Source: Balanoglossus misakiensis (Eukaryota; Animalia; Hemichordata). Taken from it: 64,000 bases of DNA. Position numbers and translations under genes: made by a program. Shown here one piece after another: positions 53,881-64,000 of the stretch (the first letter of the stretch is position 1; each line of letters opens with the position of its first letter). Under the pieces are notes generated by a model. The model did no database searches. It was given only the letters and a program-made list of their open reading frames with translations, and was not told where the DNA came from. The stretch is taken from contig CM082588.2 in assembly GCA_040954595.2 (NCBI GenBank), positions 5,902,202 to 5,966,201 on the forward strand, given 5' to 3'.

Positions 53881-54366
53881 CACTTTTGTTCTTACTTTAT
53901 TGTTTAGATTTGTCTGTTCGACAGATAAATAGTTTGCTTGTAATAAAAGTGACATAGTGCCTATACAACTTCGGCGAATGAAACCAACGAAGATTTTCCG
54001 CGCAGCTGGTAGAAAGCAGGCATGATAATACACATTATGAGCTAATATACGTATAGTAGAATTCTTGAACAGGATATAGCAGCTTTGTATAGCATTCACA
54101 TTTATCTTCCTTTGTCAAAGTTAACAAAAGATCATTGTAGATTTTAATTAGGCCTCACAATAATCTTGATTAAAACAAAAACTTTGAAAACTCGCTCCCT
54201 GACAATTGATAATTGGGTCATTAATTCGTCCATCACGACTACAATGAACAGATTATCGTCGATATTGTAATTAACTCTTATAAGGTAGACGCTCTACACA
54301 GACACGTTATCAGAAGCAATAAGCGTTCTTCAAGGTACCCATTTTTATCAATCATCAAATTTTCCG

Positions 54367-54655
54367 TGTATGTATGTATGTATGTATGTATGTATGTATG
54401 TATGTATGTATGTATGTATGTATGTATGTATGTATGTATGTATGTATGTATGTATGTATGTATGTATGTATGTATGTATGTATGTATGTATGTATGTATG
54501 TATGCATGTATGCATGTATGTATGTATGTATGTATGTATGTATGTATGTATGTATGTATGTATGTATGTATGTATGTATGCATGTATCTATGTATCTATG
54601 TATGTATCTAGGTATGTATCTAGGTATGTATCTATGTGTGTGTATCTATCTATGT
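54367..54655. repeat. (TGTA)n tetranucleotide microsatellite, degenerate at the 3' end
   Basis: More than 50 near-perfect units. Explains the MYVC and HTYI ORFs. Confidence 0.98.
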
Positions 54656-55223
54656 AATACATATTTGTACCTATGTATCATGTAACAAGAAACCTGCGTA
54701 GTGTGCTCGCAAAGGATCCTTACAGTCGGGTTGGGGGAATTTAATAGGGGGGTTTTATAACTCATTTGCATATTAATTCCTCTTCAATACATACAGCATA
54801 ATACATCAATCAAACATGAAAGCTTCCGATGCCGACAAGTATTACAAAGAAGTGGCAATGTTTCATTTTTTGCGTTTTATTTAATAAGTCATCAGACCAT
54901 ACGGCACACTAATCGATACCAGTATCATAAATAGAATTTGAAGTCTTGACATCATCAGCACCATATTTTTTCCATCTCGTCACGGTTTTTAGATTACGGA
55001 GAGTGCATGTTTAAATCGGTTACTCTTTTATCGCCTCGTTTCAGCCGTGGACATTAAAAGCTTTCAAGGCCATTAGCAAAAGAAATAGTCAAGTTCAGTA
55101 GGACACATAGATAGTTAGAGAGATATGCCAAGCGCCATGTTTCCAGTATTGCAATTGAAGGTAGAAATTCGTGGTTAGAGTTAAAAGAGATTGGAACCTT
55201 TTTTGAATGTTTCTCAAAGATTC

Positions 55224-55302
55224 ATCTCTCTCACATTCTCTCTCTCCCTCCCTCCCTCTCATTCCAGACACACTTACTCTCTCTCTCTCCCTCTCTCCCT
55301 CT
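55224..55302. repeat. Degenerate (CT)n tract
   Basis: Direct reading. Confidence 0.75.
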
Positions 55303-57986
55303 TCCACAAGAATAACCCAAGAGCAGACAACACGATCCTCGACAATCATAGCTTCCGGTCCGTCTCGTCGGACAGTGGACCCGACCTTCTGCAACCTCCC
55401 CCGACTAGGTCACCGTTTCAAATGTAAATGCCGTGTTTACCCTGCCGTGCTCTCCCCCAGTCATTGAATATTTCATCAAAGTTCCTCGGTGCAAACACCA
55501 CAATGACGCTCTCGCCTCACCGCTTTTGGTGGAAATCAAACACAGCTAAGTGTTTACATTTAAGTGGGCCACTCGAGAGGGACAACCTCGGCAGAAGCAC
55601 GTGACCCCCCCCCCCCCCCTCTCCACTTAAATGCGACCATTCTCCTTTTAGGATAGCTCGCAGATTTACAAGGACTTTCGTCAAACGTTTTTATTTATCA
55701 CCGATCTGCTAGCCGGGGTGTTTGCTAACAAGATAGCGAGGGTCAAAACCGTCGATTACAGTTTTTATATGGAGCAATTTCACTCGATTTTTTATATCTG
55801 CCCACTCCCAGCGGATTCTCGCCCGCGAGTCCACAATGCAGTGCTTAAACTGTCTGCCGTTTTATATCCGTTTTATGATTTTTATTGTGTGGCGTGACGT
55901 TCGCAGAATTCTGGCGGCAAAACTGTTGAAGAGCTGTCGTAGTGCGAAACACTAGCTCCCCGACAGATTCGGAAAGTTGAACTTGCGTCATGCCAAGACA
56001 GTGTTTTTATGGACACGCACGTTTAAAATATGGAAAATCATGGACCGTGACTCGAAATTAATCTAATGCTACACTTGAAATTCAGGTTCAAGAGAATACG
56101 ATGATACGAATAAACGACTTTTCTTTCTGGAGTGCCCAACGGAAGAAGCAGAGAGGTCTGGGTAACCGAGACTAGTCTAAAATTTAAAATTCAAAATGGC
56201 CGCCACGCTCTATGTTAGTCTAATGGAGATTTTTTTAAAATTAAAACAAGGCGGGGAACTCTCTTCACATACTTATGTAGCAAAGAATTGAAAGGTTTTG
56301 AGAACAATTATTTTCTTCAAGTTGAAAACATGTCCCCGAGGCGCGTAATGCCATGAATCAAAACTAGCGCCCGGCGGCCATATTTGATCAGATTGCAAAA
56401 TATATCGACTCGCGCATTTAGACAAAAGTAAAATGCCCGGTTTGAAACAAAATAGATTTTTGAGCATTTCTGTGGGTTGCCCCATCCCTCCGTTCGCAAG
56501 AACTGAAATCATCAAAGGTCAGGACCACCGTCTCTTTAATCAAGCAAATACAAACAAGCCTAGGCGAATTATGGAAAAGACGGGCGAAAGCGACAGTAGA
56601 AACCGCGGGGTTTTTTTGCTCTCGCCCCTTGACCTTAGTGTTAATCGGCGAAGATCAATCACCACACCGTTCTCACTTACAATTACAGTCATCAAGCCTA
56701 CGCCGTTTCTGCCTTTTCTCCTCTCTTGTTTACATTTCAACTCGGAGCAGCCACCTCTCATTCATCCAAAGGACCTCGTTACCGTTGTATTCCGAAAAGT
56801 GGTCTTTATATTCGTTTTTTTATCACAGACGCCCGGGGTCAATGGCTGCTTAGGCCTGTAGTTATGACTTCTTGCTCCTGTCTGTTGGACTACATCGACG
56901 TCATCGCAGTGTTCCCCACGGAGAGGTTGCTGAACGCCAGCGTTCTGCAAAGGGGGGGGGGGGGGTCGCGACCATGTGTGGAGTCCCTATCCCTTCCATC
57001 TGCTTAAAATTCAACGCCCAAAAATGACCGGTTCATTCCAGCCCCCAAATCACACCTGTGCCAGTGCAATTCTGCGCAGTGGCAGCAATCATGCGAACAA
57101 CACGCGATTCTGTCACCGACCTGTGCCGAACGAAACGAGATTTAATTACCGGACTTTTCGCATTAAGCTGTTGTGGATGCGACTCCCTCGTTTTAAATGA
57201 GGTCTGTCGGAGATTTCCCCCTGAGTTTTAAGGGAAAAACTTCTGGACGCCAAACGATTTCATGGCTTCGTATGCCTGACTGCAAGTGACAGTTGTACGG
57301 AAATGAAAGTCAATTTAGATAGATGCGGCGATTACAGCTACGTGACACAGTGAACTTGGAATGACAAAATATGCTGTGTCAAAGGTCACGAGTCGGCGCT
57401 CTAATAGGCGTTCTCTCCATCTTTTAACCTACAATTTTGATGCAATTTTAGAGCAAAAGTGATCCTCTTTTTATCAAGCGATTTCGCACATTCGTCCTTG
57501 TGCTACGCAGCGCCGAAAACCGCGACGACATTAAACCGGCGTTTGCATTAATACCATTACTTTTAATCATGGTTTCCTGAGCACAACATGTTGTGTTCTT
57601 GATAGGCACGTCCGCTTTAAAGCCGTCTCGAAAATTTTCTAAATTCCCTAGGTTGAGTTCGAAATGCAAGCACAGTCATGCGAGTGTGGATGGGCTCCCT
57701 AACGCCGCGGGGAGTACCGCGCTGAAATCACCGCAACTCGTTCAACTGTGCCGCCATTTCCATAAATCTTCCTTCGCGTGTCATTTTGCCGGATCACGTC
57801 CTTCGTATATACATACTGTTGATGCTTCTTGTCTCGTGATATTTTGGGGAGGTGCTGTTTTCAAAAGTAAGCCTTACATGGCGAATGGTTGTGGTCTGGG
57901 GTTTTGCTAACATCATGCACGCTTTTGAGAAACAATCTCAGATTGGGGAAAAGCGAACCAATGGCAATTTCCTATAATTGCAATAT

Positions 57987-58042
57987 GAGAGAGAGGGGAG
58001 AAGAGACATACACACAGACAGAGACAGACAGACAGACAGACA
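57987..58042. repeat. (GA)/(CA)/(GACA) compound microsatellite
   Basis: Direct reading. Confidence 0.75.
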
Positions 58043-58904
58043 GTCATACAGTGTATGTCAAATTGCACGTTAAAATCACAGGGACCACTAGAAACCTAAG
58101 AATGCACTAATGTCAGTAATGTCCACAGACATCTTGACTTTTTGCGGTTTATGTTGCTCAAGGATGACAATTACCACAGCGCGTGGACACGCATCGTTGG
58201 AGTTAAGGAGATACAAACAAGGAGACGGGATATTTTGAGTCTGGGACGAGGTAAGTGTGATAAGTGTGATGTGAAGACCAATCAGAAATGACAGGACGAT
58301 TTAGAGTACGACAGTTTGTTCCACTCTAACAATTTCACTATTTCTGCTTGGTTGATCCCAGCGCAGCTTCTTAACGAAGACGGGGACTGCAAGAACCTGC
58401 ACACACCGCGCAATAAACTTGCAGCCTCGTCATCAGCGTGGTCGCCTGCAATCATAAACCGACCTGCGCATTACACACCGCATTAGGTAGGGGTTAATAT
58501 ATGCAAATGAGACGAGGAGGAAAGAGCCGCGAGGAACGCGATCCATCAGGCCGAACGCTGCCGTCGTTAGGGAAACTCCGATGCTGTGATTTCGCGGTAG
58601 GTAAAAAAAGCGATATCCAAAGTCTGACAAATGTATGACCGGTTGCTGGGCTACAAAAATTCAGCTCGAGAGTAGTGAGATAGGTTGCCCTCAAACCGGC
58701 CATAAGTCTCTGCCAAATTTATGGAGATCGGCGAGAGAGTGAGGCTTATTGCAGAAATGGTGGGCGCCAATATTAATCGTAAAAAAGGAGAAAATCCGAC
58801 TATTTCCTGTGTGTCAGGACGTGGAGAACTCCCTTTCCATGGAAACCGCAGTAAAATGTAAGAAAAAGACTCCAAGTCGAAAAAAGAACACGCAAGAGTC
58901 GTAG

Positions 58905-59448
58905 TGAATCATCGAATTTTACAGCGAATCTTTGGCGCCAAAACGGGAAATAAAAATTGTCATCAATTTTATGTTGTCCGCGTTCACTTTGCAGCTGAGA
59001 GTGACACAATGGCGGCTATATCGCGATACAAATTAAAGGTGATCGAGCCTGAATGTACCGAGGATAAGTTACACTAACATCCAACTATTAAACTAAAACG
59101 TGGTATTACATTTACTCAAGTAGCAACTAGATAAATTTTGATTTACTGGATCAGGGTTCAGAGGTCAACGATAGGCTAAGTTAAGACTGTATCAATAACT
59201 CTATGCCATTATATGACAACATCAATCTTTCACGACGACCGTAACGATATCCAGCAGTTTGATATTATCAGCGATGATAGATATACCGTTTTCTGCTACA
59301 CTCAGTCTATTGTCGTTTGCTGCATCTTGGCGCCAAAAGACAAAAGTAGACGATGTTAACTGCGGCGTTCAGAGCAGTGCGTTATCAGCGGAGCATATTT
59401 TCGTGCACTGAATCAATTGTCGTTTACTGCGTTTTTTGGCGCCAAAAG
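58905..59448 (+). repeat. Three degenerate ~40-bp direct repeats ending in TTGGCGCCAAAA
   Basis: Copies at ~58905-58943, ~59301-59339 and ~59408-59448. Each ends in TTGGCGCCAAAA; the upstream part is only partly shared (ATTGTCGTTT in the last two, TGAATCA in the first and last). Confidence 0.55.
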
Positions 59449-62400
59449 CGGGGTCAGACAGTTTTTACGGTTTAAAACGGTCGGTGATGGCAACAGACAA
59501 AAAAATCTATCGCATCAATCTTCTAATACTACTATTTTACCGTTTCGTCGTTAATCGCTGATACCCGTATAGTTGATCCATTTATCTTTCTTATTATATT
59601 TTTGACATTTTCCCCACTGTAGATGAAATTTTTGGTGAAGTTACACTAAGAGACTAATGTTTCTTTCAAAATGGTCGAATTCAGGATAATTGGACTGTTA
59701 TCAGTGATCAGCTGTCGGATAGGGTGATTGGGTTGTAAACCAGAAAAATGCAAATGTCTAACTATAGTGGCGTTGCTATATTTCGGAAATTTCACTTGGT
59801 CACTACCGGAAAATTGTACATATATGCCTGTTCATGCAAATGTAACATGTATACATGTACCTACACATGCAATAGCAAAACCTTGAAAAAATGTCCCACG
59901 ATAAGTCCATTTTCTCCTCAGAGACTTGTATACACGAGGCAGTGTACTAGAACTCTATACAATAGTCTTGGTATTCACTTGGACGAGAATAAGTTCGACA
60001 CTTCCCATCACCAAGACAGGTGTGTCCCCACAGTTTGTTCATAATTAGAAGTGTAAACACTATTAGTCAACATTTTCGATTCGATTTCTGGCTATGATTG
60101 GGCTTCTCTTGTGGCGCAATATCTCAAATAGGATTATCCGTTGTTATGAGGGATTCTTTCTCTGGTTTTCATCATCGATACTTGTTTGTCTGCTCCGCAA
60201 AAATAAATCGAATTACAGCGGCGGGGTGTCAAATACACCACAGTCATTCAGCTACCTAATCGGTGCACGCGTCCCATTCTTTTTGATCATCCCGTGGAGA
60301 GTTTGCATAGCAGCCCCGTGAGCAGGTGTTACGGAGCCCGGGGTCAGAGGTCGCGACGTCGCATTCAAATCATGCCGCTTTAATTCTCGTCAGATACGAG
60401 ATCATATCGGATCAGATTACGAGTGGTACACTTCACTTGCAAGTGGAAAACGGAGATTTTGTCGCCTCGGATATCAACTACCGGGGCGAGTGGTGATATT
60501 AACGCGGATGGAGAGAGAGAGAAAAAAAAGAGGGCGGCCATATTTGAAATGACGAATGGCGATTGAAAAGATCGGGTGGGGACTTTGACACTGTCCGGTA
60601 ATCTGAATCGTTTATAAGATACTTTGTAACAACTAATTGAACCTGATTGGGTAGCGACAGATCGTTACTATGACACAACTCCCAAGACCAGGGGGACTGC
60701 TGATTGCCCTTCGTTTCCCGATGAGATTTCCTTGTTTCAATTTCCAGCCACCGGTGAATCAACTCACCTGTCAATCAGAGCCGCGGCCGACAAATCACAT
60801 TTCTCCGTTTTTCCAATCAAGCGGAAGTGACTCTGACATTTCCAGCCGCATACTCGACTGCCTGATATTGATCGATGAAGCGAGTAGAAAATCACTTAAA
60901 CTCGGAAATGTCCTGGCCTGCTGATTAACTTTGTCTCTTGATTACCAGAAGATAGTTTTCAATCATTGCTGATCGCCTCGAATGTGTGTCTACAAAGTTT
61001 GCAGCGACGACGTAGCCCGGGATTAAATGATATCGTTGGACGATGGGATTCGTTGCCCTCGGGCTGTGTCTGTGAATCAAGTCCCTTAATGACGACGTGT
61101 CAAAAAATAACAACGGGGTATTGTATTGTTGTTATGTGTTTCGCCAAAATAGAGAAATATTTCACAAGCCTACGCAAATACGTCCCTAGTAATTAAGCGT
61201 TGACACCAGTCTGCTACTGCGCGCGCCCTAGCGTATCACCCGCGCGCGACCTTACCCCAATTCGGTTATCTTTACATTTAAAAATAAAACATATTGTAAG
61301 AGAAAATCATAAGTTAAACTTGAAAATCTCAAAGGATTGTCATGCTGTACGACGCATAGGTCCACACAGATCACAGTAGAAGGGAAATTGTGTATATAAT
61401 GACTGTTCGGGTGAACCAAAAGTTGCTTTTTGTTCACAAAACAATGAAAGCAAAACATTATACTAGAACAGAGTAATAGTGATACCAGGAAAAAAAGGTT
61501 TCACTGGATAACTTTTAAATATATGATGCAAAAGATTATCACCGGCCTCAAAAAAAGGGTTTCAAATGGCGTCGAATTTAATGTATCATATATTTTTTAC
61601 GGTCTCCTTTGTCGTTTTGCTCGGGGCGATTTTTATAGCACACACGCTGGCCTTTTGACAGCTGGGCCTCAAGGGCTCTAATGCGCTCAGTATAGGACAA
61701 TTGGCCCAGCAGGACAAAACTAACGCAGACGATTTCGAAACGTAAAAAGGGAAATCCAGGGTCTCCGCACCATGATTACTGATGTAAATCATATCACCCG
61801 TGAACATTTTTCAAAAAAGTTACGAACTAGAAAAAAAGGGTAAAATATGAGTGAACAGTTACATGCGAGGCAATCCTGGTGGTTTTTAAGTAAGGAAATT
61901 AAATGATGCTCAAAGCTAAATGTATTTTGTGAGGACTGTTTTACCACCATAAAAAAGTTGCTCTGTGAGTTTTGGCGGGATCTGTTATAGTGAGGCGATA
62001 TGCCGAGCGAGCCGTCGTCAACAAGGCGACGAAATATAGCACGCATATTGCCTGTGTACGCCGCCTGCTCGCGATCTCCTCTCTATTTAAGGCTCAAAGC
62101 CATAATATCGGTGGGTCTAATGAGCCAATTACCCAAACACGTTCTTTGTGCTTCTCCAATAGTTGGTACTCGGCGTAAAAGACGAGAGCTATTCATTGGA
62201 GTCGACTGGGAGAGGCATTATTTCACTCGGAACAATACGCTGACCCGTGCACACGGCATTTGTTTTTGAGCAAATAGCAACCCCCTCCCTACGCCAGCTG
62301 CATGCTTCGGTTGTATTAGGCGCGCTATGGCGCAAACGTAGCAACGTATTTTTTTTTAAAGAAAGGGGTGAAATACGCACCTACCGGAAGTGTCGCCCTG

Positions 62401-64000
62401 CCGTGTGTTCGAAAGAGGGGTTTTCAACTTTCATTCAAAGCGCAGAAATTGATCTAATCGTCCTGATTGATTGTTTAAATCTCCTGGTAAACAATTTAAG
62501 AAAATATCGACAAAAACGGACATGTTTGTAGGCCTATTTCATAGCATCTCTGTTCCGTGTTTGGAGGGGCTGTGATACAATTGTCAAACTACAATGTGTA
62601 AGATTTCAGTTTTCGACATTTTGGAATTAAACTAGGTCAGTACAAAGATGGCATGTGGGGTCTATATTTAATTTCATCACGTCTTTTAAACCAAATTGTC
62701 CGGTCCTCAGACTTTCGGCTAATACGCGACCTACAGTGACCCCTCCGTCATACACAATGACCGCAAAATAAGTCAGTGATCGGATCGTATTGAGTAAAAA
62801 ATGAGGTTCATCAGTACATTTCATTTGAAAAAAAGATATTTAAGACCAGTTATTTTTATCAGCGCAAACAAGATCACGTGAGCATAATTAGCATTTATTA
62901 AAATTCCATAGTATCTGTATTGACTACAACCGATTCTGTAACGTTATTAAATTTCTCAATCGTATCAAATGAGGCTATTTTGATTATTTTCACGGAATTG
63001 TTCATGTTCAGTTTTATCGGTGTATCGTTAAACCTTTAATCACACCCCCACTAATGAAACATGGAGAAGTTACGTAACGCCGGTGTTGTTTGTGATAATT
63101 TCCAACATTTTGCGCCATTTTTAGATTGGACACGTGGCGAGCAGTTTGATACATCACATTTAAATTAAAGTGGGTGCTCCGTCGTATGTGGTGAATGAAA
63201 AGTTCGCCCTTGACGATTTCATGATTTCGCATGTTCTGAAATGCCATGCCTCTGGTATCATTTTTTTCTACAAATCTACCGCGCTCCAGATCGTCAGTTG
63301 CCGGGCTCACAGGATCCCCGTAGACCCTTTCGGGCTACAATATCGAATTCCCACCCAATTTTTATTAACAGTTCTTCAAAAGTGCGAATCATCATGAGTA
63401 TGTTAAGCTCGAGAAGAAATTGCCTCATCTTATAGTACTCACACCCACAGGCTGTCTTTCGCACACGAGTGTACACACAGCCCGTTTGGCATCACGTCGA
63501 CGTCACGTGACGTCAATAGAAGCAAATTCTAGCCTGAGGTAAAGGTTTTCCCTTGAACAAAATTTTCCCGCCAAATTGGATTTGGTAGTGTGTAAATTGG
63601 CCACTTAGCCCAGGATGTCCCAATTGGTGGTAAAACGTCTTGAAGCCGATAAGTGATAGATGATTATTCCAATTTAGAGAAAACAAGCGGCTGGCTCCAC
63701 TGGGGGTAACATATCACGAACACATAGACACGATTTCTCCGCAGTTTTTGACTGAAAGACGCGGAAACGCTCAAACTCGCGCGGGGACATTTTTAACCCG
63801 CCATAATATCCCCGGTGGCAAATCGATGCTAAATGAAAGCAACCTGTGAAAAAATTACAAAAAATAGCGAAATTAAGTCATAGTTTGCAATACCACGCTT
63901 GGTGTATTCACATGCCGGTGGAAGGCTGGCACAAAGCAAAAGATGCGTGAATTGATAGAGGAAGCCATATTAAAAGAAACGGGGAAACAACCGGGCGTTA

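Noticed and set aside
54278-54685. MYVC/HTYI repeat ORFs
   Set aside because: Artefacts of the (TGTA)n microsatellite.
56180-56356. Segment with CAAAATGGCCGCC...TGTCCCCGAGGCGC resembling one end of an old non-autonomous DNA transposon
   Set aside because: No partner TIR or TSD in the window; the resemblance is from memory only and cannot be verified here.
9107-56517. Scattered TCF/LEF sites (ATCAAAG/CTTTGAT)
   Set aside because: The number seen does not exceed a rough chance expectation for a 7-mer in 64 kb.
1-64000. tRNA, rRNA, snRNA, known miRNA, CRISPR arrays, prokaryotic or viral genes
   Set aside because: None recognised. Isolated B-box-like strings (e.g. GGTTCGAGT at ~9826) lack an A-box or cloverleaf, and partial miRNA seed matches do not extend.

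Overview
Eukaryotic (animal) genomic DNA, not prokaryotic. It looks like an invertebrate deuterostome, possibly a hemichordate, but that is an inference from the protein and repeat style only. The window has one credible protein-coding gene: an intronless class III POU homeobox gene (Brn1/2/4, POU3) at 12957-14192 (+). It has a CCAAT-type promoter and a probable 3' UTR of about 1.3 kb ending near 15530. The other ~61 kb looks like a CpG-rich non-coding gene desert with many transcription-factor motifs. Well-defined mobile DNA: a solo LTR with a 4-bp TSD (26789-27500), a young PIF/Harbinger-type MITE with perfect 43-bp TIRs (52562-53364), two tandem copies of a Helentron/HINE-like repeat (~51044-52375), and a 20-bp palindrome inside a 7-bp TSD that resembles a P-element excision footprint (44116-44149). 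The best leads are regulatory: a six-tract G-quadruplex overlapping a competing hairpin in the 3' UTR, an excess of POU octamer sites across the locus, a Pbx-Hox-Meis site cluster, and a short uORF. I see no novel multi-gene system. All other ORFs in the track look spurious. Motif counts were made by eye.
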